Of a DNA stretch of 64,000 nucleotides, positions 18,409 through 28,401 are shown in pieces. A program made the position numbers and the translations under genes. The notes under the pieces were generated by a model. The model searched no databases. It was not told the DNA's origin and worked only from the letters and a program-made list of their open reading frames with translations. The stretch's first letter is position 1, and every line of letters begins with the position of its first letter. Origin of the DNA: Chlorobiota bacterium (GTDB lineage: Bacteria; Bacteroidota; Ignavibacteria; Kapaibacteriales; NICIL-2); the NCBI GenBank assembly GCA_026415505.1, contig JAOAGY010000031.1:13163-77162 (forward strand), written 5' to 3'.

Positions 18409-19965
18409 ATGCGCACTGCGATACATTCGAACCATACGGCTCGATCCGACATGAGTGAACAGGAACTCCGTCCCGACGCTGGTGCAGTTGCCCAGCAACA
18501 CGATGACGCACAATCAACCGACCAAGCTCCCACCGTTCCAGCGGCGAGCAACGACTCAGCCACAGCGGCTCAACCACATGTTGCAGAGTATGCTGAAGCG
18601 GAATCTTTAGGGCAAGCTGCCGACCACGAACAGAAACCCCCGTCGAATGCCGAGCAGCCGTCCTCCAGCGGTGAAACGATTGCTGTATCCACTTCAGTAA
18701 CGGAAGCTCAGCCATTCCAGAAAATCGAGCTTCCTCAGCCGGAGGAAAAGCCAGCACCGGTCGTCGTCACCGACGAGTTGCTTGCCAAGCTCCAAGGCAT
18801 CATGGAGCGTGGCGAGGCGATCACCGTCCACGTAGCCCAACGCATTCGTGGCGGTTTGCGAGTGGTGTTCGAGGGCATCAAGATGTTTTTGCCTGCCTCC
18901 CAGTTTTTCCTCAAGAAAAGCCCGAGCAACGAAGACCTTCAGGCAGTCGTCGGTACGGACATCCCCGTTCACATTGCCGAGATCGTCAAAGACGAAACCG
19001 GACGTATCACGTTCATCGTCACTCGCCGACCCATACTGCGTAACGAGTTCTACAGTCGCATCAAAGTAGGCGATGTCGTTGAGGGAACCGTCACATCGGT
19101 GCAGAGTTTTGGATTGTTCGTGGATATCGGTGGCTTCGATGGACTCGTGCACATCTCGCGCGTGTCGCACCAGCCGATATCGAATCTGTCGGCACAATTC
19201 AAACGCGGCGATAAAGTTCGTGCGCAGATCGTCGAGGTTGATGCCGAACACGATAAAATCTCGCTGAGCATGAAAGCGCTCGAACCGTCGCCGTGGCAAA
19301 CTGTCGCCGAGCGCTACCGTGCGGGAGAGCGATACCGCGGGATTGTTCGTCGAATCATGCCGTTCGGTGCATTCATCGAATTGGAGCCGGGACTGGAAGG
19401 CTTGTTGAGAGTGGGCGAGCTTTCATGGACGCGGCGCATCCCAGATCCGCACGAGGTGCTGCAGGAAGGTCAAGAAGTCGAAGTCGTGGTAATGGCGGTA
19501 CATCCTGAGCGAGAACAGATCGAATTGTCGCTTCGTCGTACAGCAGAAAATCCGTGGCCGTCGCTACGGGCGAAATACCCTCCTGGTTTCCCGACGACCG
19601 GCGTCGTGCGCAGTGTGAGCGGTCCGGGTGTCCTTTTGACGATCGGTGGTGAAGTGGATGCATTTATGCCGCGCTCGCAGATGCGCTCGGTGCTCAAAGG
19701 TAAGCGCATCCCGTATTCACCGGGCGATATCGTTACAGTCACGGTCGTCGAAGTCGTTCCCGATACCGAATCGTTCATCGTCGCGCCGCGCGTCGAGCCG
19801 GAAGAAGAACTGTTCGGTCCTCCGCGTGAGGGCAGTAGCAGTGCTCCGTCGTCACCGTCGCCGGGTCGCACGCGCGAACAACGTCCGACCAATCCTTCGA
19901 AGATCACACTCGGAGAGCTTCTCAGCGAGGACGAACGGCGGCGACTTTTCGGTGACGCCGAGTAA
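18409..19965 (+). CDS. S1 RNA-binding domain protein (four S1 repeats, ribosomal protein S1-like) with acidic N-terminal extension
   Basis: Four repeats of G-x-V-x-G-x-V...FG-x-FV...G...GL-x-H-xS. About 120 aa of acidic low-complexity N-terminus. Alternative start at 18451. Confidence 0.7.
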   Translation: MRTAIHSNHTARSDMSEQELRPDAGAVAQQHDDAQSTDQAPTVPAASNDSATAAQPHVAEYAEAESLGQAADHEQKPPSNAEQPSSSGETIAVSTSVTEAQPFQKIELPQPEEKPAPVVVTDELLAKLQGIMERGEAITVHVAQRIRGGLRVVFEGIKMFLPASQFFLKKSPSNEDLQAVVGTDIPVHIAEIVKDETGRITFIVTRRPILRNEFYSRIKVGDVVEGTVTSVQSFGLFVDIGGFDGLVHISRVSHQPISNLSAQFKRGDKVRAQIVEVDAEHDKISLSMKALEPSPWQTVAERYRAGERYRGIVRRIMPFGAFIELEPGLEGLLRVGELSWTRRIPDPHEVLQEGQEVEVVVMAVHPEREQIELSLRRTAENPWPSLRAKYPPGFPTTGVVRSVSGPGVLLTIGGEVDAFMPRSQMRSVLKGKRIPYSPGDIVTVTVVEVVPDTESFIVAPRVEPEEELFGPPREGSSSAPSSPSPGRTREQRPTNPSKITLGELLSEDERRRLFGDAE

Positions 19966-19977
19966 TCGGCAAACGCC

Positions 19978-20733
19978 ATGTGTGCGGGTCGTTTGTATCA
20001 ACGATTGCTGCTCGTTGCGACAGCCGCAGTGCTCGTCGCCGTCGCTCCAGCGCAGCAAGTGCAGCCACCACTGATTCCACCGGAACAATCGCCGACATCG
20101 GTGCTTCAGCAGCGCCAGCAGCCGGTTGCAAAACCCGACACGCTACCGGGCGGCAAAGTCGGTGCGTACCTCCCCGAGCAAGACTCGCTCTACATTCGTG
20201 CATTGCAATTGGCGCTTCCACCGTCGGTGCGGCTTGCGCTCGATGTCCAACGCATCATGAGCGATTTCGAGATCGTTCGCCGCAAGTCCGAGCTGGAGTC
20301 TCCCTGGCAAGCAGCACTCCGCAACATGACGCTCGCAGAACGCACGCTTCGACCCGATCCGCGCGAGATCGTCCAGCGCCAAATCGCCATCGCCAGCGCA
20401 ACAGCGATGCCCGTCTGGCGCACCGGGCAAAGCGGCGCCGTCAGCATCCCCATGAGTGCGATCGGGTCGTTTTTGGGGTTGACCGAAGACGTCTCGCCAC
20501 GCCTGAGCTACCGCGTCAAGCAAACCGCACGCGTGCAAGCGGTCGTGTATTCGACGGCAGCGCTCATCGTGCGCCGATTGCTCGACACCGAGCAGCGACC
20601 AGGTGTGTACGAGATCGAATGGGACGGACGCGACGACAAAGGCAGAGCAATGCCCGCCGGTGACTACGTCATCGAAGTGCGCGTCGGTACCGACGAAACC
20701 TACCGCAAACGCGTTGTGTTACAGGCTCGGTAA
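19978..20733 (+). CDS. secreted hypothetical protein with C-terminal FlgD-Ig-like beta-sandwich
   Basis: Signal peptide. C-terminal PGVYEIEWDGRDDKGRAMPAGDYVIEVRVG matches the FlgD Ig-like domain pattern. Confidence 0.5.
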   Translation: MCAGRLYQRLLLVATAAVLVAVAPAQQVQPPLIPPEQSPTSVLQQRQQPVAKPDTLPGGKVGAYLPEQDSLYIRALQLALPPSVRLALDVQRIMSDFEIVRRKSELESPWQAALRNMTLAERTLRPDPREIVQRQIAIASATAMPVWRTGQSGAVSIPMSAIGSFLGLTEDVSPRLSYRVKQTARVQAVVYSTAALIVRRLLDTEQRPGVYEIEWDGRDDKGRAMPAGDYVIEVRVGTDETYRKRVVLQAR

Positions 20734-20753
20734 ACCACCGGATCACTCCCGCT

Positions 20754-21641
20754 ATGGCAACGATCGTCATCGCCGGTGCGACAGGATTCGTCGGACGCGC
20801 TGTCGCCGAGCGTTTCCGGAGCCGTGGCGCGCGCACGATTGCTCTCGTCCGAAGCATCGAACGCGCCAGAACATTGTTCGGCGGCGGCGTCGAGTCGGCA
20901 ACGTGGAACGAGATCGATCGTGCGATCGCCGAAGCCGATGCGGTCGTCAATCTCGTCGGCGAAAACATTGCCGCAGGGCGCTGGACCAAGCGACGCAAAG
21001 CACTGCTGCGATCAAGTCGCATCGAGCCGACGCAACGCATCGCCCAAGCGATCGCTTCCTCACGCGCTCGACCGCGAGTACTCGTCAATGCGTCGGCGGT
21101 CGGTTACTACGGCAATCGAAGCGACGAGCTTCTCACCGAAGACTCTGCCAAGGGCGACGGTTTTTTGTCCGACCTTTGCGCCGAGTGGGAGGCGACTGCA
21201 CAGGAAGCCGAGCGGTACTGCCGCGTTGTGCGATTACGACTCGGCGTGGTGATTGGTCGTGGTGGCGGCATGCTCGGCAAAGTCGAGCCGATCGTCAAAG
21301 CGTTCGGTGCGATCGTTCCCGGTAGCGGACAGCAGTGGCTATCGTGGATCGCTCTGCGTGATGTCGTCGGTGCTGTCGAATGGCTCGTCGAGCACGAGAC
21401 GATCGCTGGTGCCGTCAACGTTACCGCACCCCAGCCCGCGACGATGGCAGATTTTATGCGGACGTTGGCACGTCTGCATCGGCGTCCGGTGTGGGGTCGC
21501 GTGCCGGAGCCAGTTCTGCGATTGGCGCTCGGCGAAATGGCAAGCACTCTCACCGACAGCACACGAGCGATACCAGCGCGCTTGCTCGATGCGGGATTTC
21601 GTTTCTTGCATGCCGAGCTGCCGTCTGCATTGCGGACTTAG
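20754..21641 (+). CDS. TIGR01777-family NAD-dependent epimerase/dehydratase (YfcH-like, DUF1731 C-terminus)
   Basis: IVIAGATGFVGRAV Rossmann motif...VNLVGENIAAGRWTKRRK...YYG. Confidence 0.75.
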   Translation: MATIVIAGATGFVGRAVAERFRSRGARTIALVRSIERARTLFGGGVESATWNEIDRAIAEADAVVNLVGENIAAGRWTKRRKALLRSSRIEPTQRIAQAIASSRARPRVLVNASAVGYYGNRSDELLTEDSAKGDGFLSDLCAEWEATAQEAERYCRVVRLRLGVVIGRGGGMLGKVEPIVKAFGAIVPGSGQQWLSWIALRDVVGAVEWLVEHETIAGAVNVTAPQPATMADFMRTLARLHRRPVWGRVPEPVLRLALGEMASTLTDSTRAIPARLLDAGFRFLHAELPSALRT

Positions 21642-22324
21642 CGGGTACGGTGCTCGCCGACGATTTTCCCATCAGCCATCGTCAAGATGCGATCGCTGCG
21701 GGCAGCGACTTCGGTATCGTGCGTGACGATGACGACGGTTTGTCCCATCTCGTGGCAAATCGCTTCGAGCAAATCCAGCACTATCGCAGTGTTCTCCGAA
21801 TCGAGGTTACCTGTCGGTTCGTCGCCGATGACCATCGTCGGCTGGTTGATGAGCGCTCGCGCGATCGCAGCACGCTGTTGTTGTCCTCCTGAAAGTTGCT
21901 TTGCCGGGCGGTGTGCGTACTCGGCGATACCCATGCGATGGAGCAAATCCATTGCGCGTGTGTGGATCGTCGCTTGTGGCTCTTTGCCGAGTTTGAGCGC
22001 CGGAAGCATGACGTTGTCGAGTATGGTGAACTCCTGCAACAGGAAGTGAAACTGAAAGATGAAACCGATGTGCTCACCGCGGAACCGCGCTAAAAACTCT
22101 TGGTCGCGTCCGGTCAGCAGCGTATCGGCGATGACGAGCGTTCCCTCGTAGTCGGTGTCGAGCGTCGAAAGCACGTAGAGGAGCGTCGATTTGCCGCAAC
22201 CGGATTTGCCGACGATCGAAACGAACTCGCCTTTTTCGACACTGAGCGAGATGCCGCGCAACACCTGGAAACGAACCGGCTCGGTGAAATACTTGACGAT
22301 GTCGGTTGCGGAAAGTATTGCCAT
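21638..22324 (-). CDS. ABC transporter ATP-binding protein (LolD/MacB-ATPase family)
   Basis: Walker A GKSGCGKST, signature LSGGQQQRAAIARAL, Walker B VIGDEPTGNLD. Start taken at MAILSATDIV. Confidence 0.85.
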   Translation of the reverse strand: MAILSATDIVKYFTEPVRFQVLRGISLSVEKGEFVSIVGKSGCGKSTLLYVLSTLDTDYEGTLVIADTLLTGRDQEFLARFRGEHIGFIFQFHFLLQEFTILDNVMLPALKLGKEPQATIHTRAMDLLHRMGIAEYAHRPAKQLSGGQQQRAAIARALINQPTMVIGDEPTGNLDSENTAIVLDLLEAICHEMGQTVVIVTHDTEVAARSDRILTMADGKIVGEHRTR

Positions 22325-22328
22325 GAGA

Positions 22329-23594
22329 TCATCCGCGGAGAATCGCAACTGGATCGATGCGCGCGGCTCGACGCGCCGGGAAAATACCGGCGACCGCTGC
22401 CGCAGCGAGTGCAAAAGTGATCGCGACGATGTAGTGGATCGGTGAAAAATCCACCGGCAAGTACTCCATGCCTGGCAGGAACTCGTTGCGGAACGGCACA
22501 CGCGAGATTCCCAGCGACATGAGAAACCCCAGCATCATGCCGACTGCACCGCCAGCGATGCCGATCGCCAGTGACTGACCGAGCACGATCGCGCGAATGT
22601 CTCCGGGACTGAAGCCCATCGCTTTGAGGATGGCGATGTCTTTGAGCTTTTCGAGAATCATCATCGTCAAGATGTTGTAGATGCCGAAGCCGGCAACGGT
22701 CAGCATCGAAATCGAGACGGCGTAGGTGAGAATGTTGCGGATGGTGAAGCTGACGAGTATCGTCGCGTTGAACGTTTGCCAATCTTCGGCGGTGCAGTCG
22801 TAGAGTCGTGCGAAGAGTGCCGCCAGTTGTGGTGCCTGGTTGCGATCGCGCAGTTTGATGTAAATGTCGGTGATGTAGCGCCGATCTTTTCCCAGCAGAC
22901 GTTGAACAGTCTTCAGCGTCGTGTACGCTTGGGCATTGTCTATTTGTGCGATGCCGAAGCGCATCACCGCAGCGATCGTCATTGATCGTCGAACGCCCGA
23001 TGGCAACGTGATCGGAATGCGATCGCCGACGCGAACGTTGAGTTTGTCAGCCAGCCCGCCGCCGATCATAATCCCGTCGTCGGTCGTCAGCACTGCTTGC
23101 AGCGTGCCTTCGGTAACCTTGCTCGAAAGGGCGAAGAGCTTGTTTTCTTCGATCAAGTCCACGCCGACCAGAGTGCCCGGTATTTCGGTGATTCCTTGCG
23201 TGTAGTACATCTGTGCAGTCACGCGGGGCGAGACGCCGACGACGTCCTGCTGCCGGCGCAATGCTGCGATGATCTCCGGTGCATTGCGGATCGCGCGGCT
23301 TCGTTGTGCTGCTTTGGGGTGGTGCAGCAGAACGGTCGCCGATCTGCCGAACCAACGCTCGGCGATACTGACCGAGTCGAGCACGACGTCGTTGTAGAGC
23401 CGGACGTGCGGTGTCGCGCTCAGCATGATGTCTTCGAGAAACCGGTTGACACCGGTCATAAAACTGACCATTGCCACGTAGAAGGCGATACCGAGCGTCA
23501 CGCCGAGCGCCGACAGTATCGTTTGCCTCCGTCGCGAACGAAGATGCGTGCCGACGATTCGTGCATAGACAATCCAGCTCGATTTCATGCGCAC
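22329..23594 (-). CDS. ABC transporter permease, FtsX/LolC-E/MacB family
   Basis: 421 aa. N-terminal TM, a periplasmic domain of about 200 aa, C-terminal 3-TM FtsX-like domain (ILEKLKDIAILKAMGFSPGDIRAIVLGQSL). Confidence 0.8.
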   Translation of the reverse strand: MRMKSSWIVYARIVGTHLRSRRRQTILSALGVTLGIAFYVAMVSFMTGVNRFLEDIMLSATPHVRLYNDVVLDSVSIAERWFGRSATVLLHHPKAAQRSRAIRNAPEIIAALRRQQDVVGVSPRVTAQMYYTQGITEIPGTLVGVDLIEENKLFALSSKVTEGTLQAVLTTDDGIMIGGGLADKLNVRVGDRIPITLPSGVRRSMTIAAVMRFGIAQIDNAQAYTTLKTVQRLLGKDRRYITDIYIKLRDRNQAPQLAALFARLYDCTAEDWQTFNATILVSFTIRNILTYAVSISMLTVAGFGIYNILTMMILEKLKDIAILKAMGFSPGDIRAIVLGQSLAIGIAGGAVGMMLGFLMSLGISRVPFRNEFLPGMEYLPVDFSPIHYIVAITFALAAAAVAGIFPARRAARIDPVAILRG

Positions 23595-24686
23595 TCAGGG
23601 AAGGAGGACTTGGTCGCCATCGCGAAGACCGGCGGTGATTTCTACGTATTCCAGCGAGCGAATGCCGAGCGTCACCTTCCGACGCTCGCCGCTTCGGAGC
23701 ACGACGGTCGTGTCCGGAAACACGGCATGTCGCGGCACAGCGAGCGCGTGGTGGCGTTGTGCGACGATGATATTCGCTTGAATGGGAATATCGGTGAGCA
23801 ATCGTGGCGGTGCGGTCGCACACCGAGCTTCCAAATGGATGGATTGCGTGGCAGCGTCGATGGCTGGATAAATGGTCGTCACCGTTGCTGTGAAAATGCT
23901 ATCGGGATAGGCATCGAGTGTGTAGAGAACGTCTTGCCCTTCGCGAAGACGGTGTGCATCGGCAATGTCGCAGTAGAGGTCGAGGTAACGCTCCCCACTC
24001 CGACCGATCGCGAGCACTGCAGTCTGCGACGTGAGCAGCTCGCCCACGTTCCGATAGCGTGCCAACACCCGCCCACTGACGATAGCGGTGACGCGGAAGT
24101 TTTCCAGCGACGTGCGCGCTAATTCGTACTGCCGCAATGCTTGCTGGAGCTGGTTGCGGGCATTGACGACAGCAGACCGATAACGCTCGCGAGCTGCTAT
24201 GAAAGCTGTGCGCGAGGCGATCATGGTTGCACGTGCGCGCTCGTAATCGGCTGCCGGAATCGCACCGGCGTCGTACGCACGACGGATGCGCTCGAAGTAC
24301 GACGAATCGAGTTCGTACCGGGCGCGTGCGCTTTCTTGCTGAGCGCGCAGTTCCGCCAGTTGAGGGGAAGAAAGCGTATCAGCCATTTGCTGGGCATATC
24401 GAAGCGACTCCTCTGCGCTGCGAAGCCTGACGAGCGGATCGTCGGATTTTACTTCGAACAGTAACGCGCCCTGCTCGATGCTGTCGCCGACCGACACATG
24501 CAAGCGAGCAAGAATTCCTTGCACCGGCGAAAACACCCGGTATTCATCGGCGGCACGAAGCGTCCCGCTGGCATAGACCGCTTCGACCAGTTCGGTAGGG
24601 TGAACCGCGTAGTATCGATCTTTCGATGAGCAACCGAGCAGAAGACAACACAAGCCGACGAGCGCACGCCACCGATCCATAGACAT
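23595..24686 (-). CDS. efflux periplasmic adaptor subunit (HlyD/MacA family), lipoprotein-like signal (LLLGCSS)
   Basis: Lipobox LLGCSS. Biotinyl/lipoyl-like GTL...VGD segments. Long Ala/Arg-rich coiled-coil hairpin. C-terminal beta-barrel segment. Directly abuts the permease gene (1-nt gap). Confidence 0.75.
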   Translation of the reverse strand: MSMDRWRALVGLCCLLLGCSSKDRYYAVHPTELVEAVYASGTLRAADEYRVFSPVQGILARLHVSVGDSIEQGALLFEVKSDDPLVRLRSAEESLRYAQQMADTLSSPQLAELRAQQESARARYELDSSYFERIRRAYDAGAIPAADYERARATMIASRTAFIAARERYRSAVVNARNQLQQALRQYELARTSLENFRVTAIVSGRVLARYRNVGELLTSQTAVLAIGRSGERYLDLYCDIADAHRLREGQDVLYTLDAYPDSIFTATVTTIYPAIDAATQSIHLEARCATAPPRLLTDIPIQANIIVAQRHHALAVPRHAVFPDTTVVLRSGERRKVTLGIRSLEYVEITAGLRDGDQVLLP

Positions 24687-24731
24687 GCCGAAATGTGACT
24701 GCGCGAAAATATCGTTCGTTTTGGCGTGGCG

Positions 24732-26657
24732 TCAGAGTCGCAGGTCGAGCTGAATGTACGCGCGAGTGTCGCGATTGCCGCTTATCTCGGTCGTACCGCT
24801 GCCGAGCGTCTCGGTATCGAGTCTCTCGGTCGTGCCGTAGCGTAGCCAAAGCGTGAGCCGATCGAGCAGATGCCAGCGTGCGAAAACGAACCACCGACTG
24901 CCGGCACCGTAGAGCGGCACACTCACGAGCAAGCCCGGTGCCAGTTGTTCGAATGTGTACACCGCCGACGCGAACGAATCGGTCCGATACGTTGTCGCTC
25001 TTGCGCCGATGCTCGCACTCTGAGCGATCGGCACGCTCAGTTCCCCAAAAGCTGCCACGCCGCGTTCGGTACGTGGTTGCGGCGATTCGGTCGGCACGCG
25101 CCAGACTCCCTCGATGCGAAAACGTGCGACGATTCCGCTTTCGGTCGTGTGCTGCATTTCGCAGCGGAGCGTCGTGCGGAGAATCTCTTCGGCGACCGTT
25201 CCCGCCTCGCCCGAGCGATCGTCGGTGCGGTGCTCTTGCCGGAAACGCACAAAAAGGATCGTTGCGTTGTCCAGCCGGATGCGAACTTCGTTGAACAGAT
25301 CGAGACCGCGCCGCAGTCGCGGCAATGCGCCGATCGCCGCGACGTGGCGATACACGTCTGCATAACCGAGATACTGCACATTCCGACCGATGCGCGTGCG
25401 GAGTCCCAGATACATGCCCGTTTCGTTGGTCGGCTGCGAAGACTCGCCGAAGTTGTATCCGAAAGGCGCACGAAATTCGGGTGCGTACCACCGCGCGCTC
25501 AGCGCGATCGTCGTGCGATCGAATCGGTACTCGGCTCCGATGCGCGTGGCGAGGTTGCTGGCATAGTCGCGCGCGATCTCGCCGGCGATAGCGATCGGCT
25601 CGGTGCGATATGAAGCATGCAGCGAGCCGAACATGCCGCGCTGGGCAGGCATCACCAGTGTCGAAGTGCTCGCGACCGGCAGAGGGTAGTCGAGTGCGAG
25701 CATCCCTGCACCGATTGTTAGCGCGCTGCTGCGGTATTCGACTGCGCCGATCGCCGCTCGTTCGGTGACGTTGTGACGTCGTGCGATTTCCGTCGGGGTT
25801 CGATGATAGCCGTCGGTCGCAAAAGAAGCGATCGTCCCAGCGAGCGTATCGAGCGATGCGCTGCGCGGCACAGCGGAATAGCCAGCCCGAACGACCACAG
25901 CAGTCGAATCGTCGAGCGAGATCGGATGCTGGACGGCGATGCCACGAAAAAAGCGGTATTCGAGCGCCGAACGATACTGCTCGATGCCGCGTCCGGTCTC
26001 GGTGCAGGGACCGACGACGTCGGTGCCTTTCCGCGCGCCGAACGGACGCCATGCGACCAGTCCCATGCCCCACTGGGCAGTGTAGTCGCCGACGACAACG
26101 CGCGTGCTGCCGATCTGCGAGCCGATCGAAAGCGAGGCAAAGTCAGCCAGCAGCGGTTCGCCAGCGTCTTTGTTGGAAAGTAGCGAGATGTTCGTCGCCC
26201 CGACTGCTGCAAATGCTCGCGTGTAGAGTTCGTGCGGCAAGCCGCGCATCCGTCCGTCGCCGGCGGCACGCGGTGGCGTTGCCCACAGCATCGCCCGCGA
26301 ACGAACGCTGACGGGGAATCCGACGATCGGACCGCTACCGATACGCACGCAGCGCTCGAGAACGTAGCGTTGTTCGTCGGTGCATTCGATCGCATCGCAG
26401 AGCTGCGCGATGGTTTGTGGCTTCCGCGTGCGCATTGCACTGACGATACGCCGCGCAGTGCTGCGTGTGATGAACGGCAGTTCGGTCAGTTGCTCTGTTG
26501 TCGCCGAATCGAGCAAGATCGGATTTGCGCTGTAGTACTCGATGCGATCGAGGTCGGGTGTCGGGACCGTTTCGCCGGTTATTTGCTCCAGCAATGCATC
26601 CTGTGCGATGGCAGCGGTCGTCGCTGCCAGAACGAGCAGTGGAGAAAGTCTTACCAT
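24732..26657 (-). CDS. outer-membrane beta-barrel protein with N-terminal ComEA-like helix-hairpin-helix domain
   Basis: Signal peptide MVRLSPLLVLAATTAAIAQ. LLDSATTEQLTELPFITRSTARRIVSAMR is an HhH/ComEA-type motif. Then more than 500 aa of alternating beta-strand pattern ending ...YIQLDLRL (C-terminal aromatic/hydrophobic outer-membrane terminus). Start chosen at the signal-peptide Met. Confidence 0.6.
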   Translation of the reverse strand: MVRLSPLLVLAATTAAIAQDALLEQITGETVPTPDLDRIEYYSANPILLDSATTEQLTELPFITRSTARRIVSAMRTRKPQTIAQLCDAIECTDEQRYVLERCVRIGSGPIVGFPVSVRSRAMLWATPPRAAGDGRMRGLPHELYTRAFAAVGATNISLLSNKDAGEPLLADFASLSIGSQIGSTRVVVGDYTAQWGMGLVAWRPFGARKGTDVVGPCTETGRGIEQYRSALEYRFFRGIAVQHPISLDDSTAVVVRAGYSAVPRSASLDTLAGTIASFATDGYHRTPTEIARRHNVTERAAIGAVEYRSSALTIGAGMLALDYPLPVASTSTLVMPAQRGMFGSLHASYRTEPIAIAGEIARDYASNLATRIGAEYRFDRTTIALSARWYAPEFRAPFGYNFGESSQPTNETGMYLGLRTRIGRNVQYLGYADVYRHVAAIGALPRLRRGLDLFNEVRIRLDNATILFVRFRQEHRTDDRSGEAGTVAEEILRTTLRCEMQHTTESGIVARFRIEGVWRVPTESPQPRTERGVAAFGELSVPIAQSASIGARATTYRTDSFASAVYTFEQLAPGLLVSVPLYGAGSRWFVFARWHLLDRLTLWLRYGTTERLDTETLGSGTTEISGNRDTRAYIQLDLRL

Positions 26658-27466
26658 CGGTATTGCACGCCGACCGTGGGACCGATGCCGAGTGCTGTGT
26701 GATATTGCAGCGTCGCGAGCACTGCGATAGGGTCGAAGGCGAGCAGCCGCAGCGAAAGATCGGCAGTCTGCGGAACGGTCGCATACGCGATGCGAAAGCC
26801 GAGCCATTCGAATGCGTCCCACCGCACAGCAGTCGTCAGCGAAACTGCCGAGCCGATCGGCACGACGACATCGGCATCGAACGCAACGTCACTGCCGAGC
26901 GTTCGTCCGATCCCAATGCGCAGGCGCGCATTCGATCCCGACTGCGAGCCAGCGCGCCGCATCTGTGCAAGGTTCGTGGCTGCTATCGCAATCGTCGTCG
27001 CCGAGTCGAGTACGAAGAGCGCGTGAGCGTTGACAGCGATCGCATGCTCGGCAGCGAAGCCGCGCGCACGAGCGAACGTGTATTCGAACGTGATTCCCAA
27101 AGCGAGACGATCGGTGAGTTCGATGGCACAGAGTCCGCTGGCGGCAAGCTCGGTGTAGCGTTCCATCGTCAGTGAGGCGATTGCCACGGCGGAGGACCAT
27201 CGGTCGCTGCGAAGGTGAACCAGTGCATGCATCGTGCGCAGTTCAGCCAAGCCCCACCGCGAGGGAACAACCCACCCTGCGACGCTCGACGAATCTTCCT
27301 TCCGCAGCAGCGCTGGCGTCGCAGCGATTGCAAAGGGAACGAGCGTGCTCCGTCCTGCTGCGGTGGGAAGTATCGCTGGCGTACCGACGAGCGTTTGCGT
27401 TCGTGACGGGGTGGCGACCAGAGCAGCGATAACACAAGCGCGGAGTATATTTGGTGTGCGTTTCAT
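26651..27466 (-). CDS. small outer-membrane beta-barrel protein
   Basis: Real start at MKRTPNILRACVIAALVATPSRTQ (signal peptide). Beta-strand alternation. C-terminus ...GVQYRW. The upstream 260 codons of track ORF 26651..28243 are antisense to a better plus-strand gene and were rejected. Confidence 0.55.
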   Translation of the reverse strand: MKRTPNILRACVIAALVATPSRTQTLVGTPAILPTAAGRSTLVPFAIAATPALLRKEDSSSVAGWVVPSRWGLAELRTMHALVHLRSDRWSSAVAIASLTMERYTELAASGLCAIELTDRLALGITFEYTFARARGFAAEHAIAVNAHALFVLDSATTIAIAATNLAQMRRAGSQSGSNARLRIGIGRTLGSDVAFDADVVVPIGSAVSLTTAVRWDAFEWLGFRIAYATVPQTADLSLRLLAFDPIAVLATLQYHTALGIGPTVGVQYRW

Positions 27467-27493
27467 GGTACACTTCATCCTGCGCAGAACGCC

Positions 27494-28396
27494 ATGCCGA
27501 AAATACATCGCCTGATGGTTGCAATCGTTGCTGTGCTTGCGACGGCTGCCCATGCGCAAGAATTCGAACCGCGTGTCGTCGTGGATGTCTCGATGCTCGC
27601 TCCCGAACTTCGGCAAGATGTTTCGACGATGCAAGCCGACGTGCTCACCTATCTGCGGCAGCAGAGCTTCACAGGCAAGCAGTGGCAGGGACCGAAAATT
27701 CCCATCGAGCTGACGATCTACGTCACTGGCGGCAATCTTGCCACGCGTCGCTACACAGCGCGCTTGCTCTACTCGTCGAGCATCAATCTCGACAGCGGGC
27801 GGACCTCGCCGATTCTGCGCGTGCTCGATCAGCAATGGACGTTCCCGTACACACTCAATCAGCAGTTGACCTTCCAATCGCTGCGCTTCGATCCGTTCTC
27901 GACGCTGATCGACTTTTACAACTTCATCGCGCTCGGTTTCGATGCCGATTCCTACGAGTACTTGGCGGGCACGCCGTATTTCCAGCGTGCGCAGGAGTTG
28001 TGTCTGCTCGGCGCATCGAACAATGCGCCGGGCTATTCGCAAATCGTGCAAGAGCCGGGCGAGCTGACGCGCATTTCGCTGGTGACCGAGCTGCTCAATC
28101 CACGTTTCGAGCCGTTTCGCAAACTCGTTTTCGACTACCACTACGACGGCATGAACCGCTTTGCCACCGAGCCCGATAGCGCACGCGCTGCCATCGAGCG
28201 AGTGCTGGAACGAATGGTCGCATTCAAACGGGAACTGACGCAATCGAGCTACGTGCTGCGGTTGTTCTTCGATGCCAAGATGAACGAGCTGTGCGAAGTC
28301 TTCCGTGCGACACGCAACAAGCGCGTGCTCGATATGCTGCGGCTGCTCGATCCGAGCAATGCCTCGGTTTATGAAGCGGCAATCGAGGGCAGGTAG
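27494..28396 (+). CDS. DUF4835-like secreted hypothetical protein
   Basis: Signal peptide MVAIVAVLATAAHAQ. Diverse, non-biased composition (for example FDYHYDGMNRFATEPDSARAAIERVLERM). Divergent from the outer-membrane gene. Confidence 0.55.
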   Translation: MPKIHRLMVAIVAVLATAAHAQEFEPRVVVDVSMLAPELRQDVSTMQADVLTYLRQQSFTGKQWQGPKIPIELTIYVTGGNLATRRYTARLLYSSSINLDSGRTSPILRVLDQQWTFPYTLNQQLTFQSLRFDPFSTLIDFYNFIALGFDADSYEYLAGTPYFQRAQELCLLGASNNAPGYSQIVQEPGELTRISLVTELLNPRFEPFRKLVFDYHYDGMNRFATEPDSARAAIERVLERMVAFKRELTQSSYVLRLFFDAKMNELCEVFRATRNKRVLDMLRLLDPSNASVYEAAIEGR

Positions 28397-28401
28397 CAGC
28401 A

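Noticed and set aside
27467-28243. N-terminal 260 codons of minus-strand track ORF 26651..28243.
   Set aside because: This region is antisense to a plus-strand ORF (27494..28396) with a signal peptide and balanced composition. The minus gene has its own signal peptide starting at 27466, so the upstream extension is spurious.
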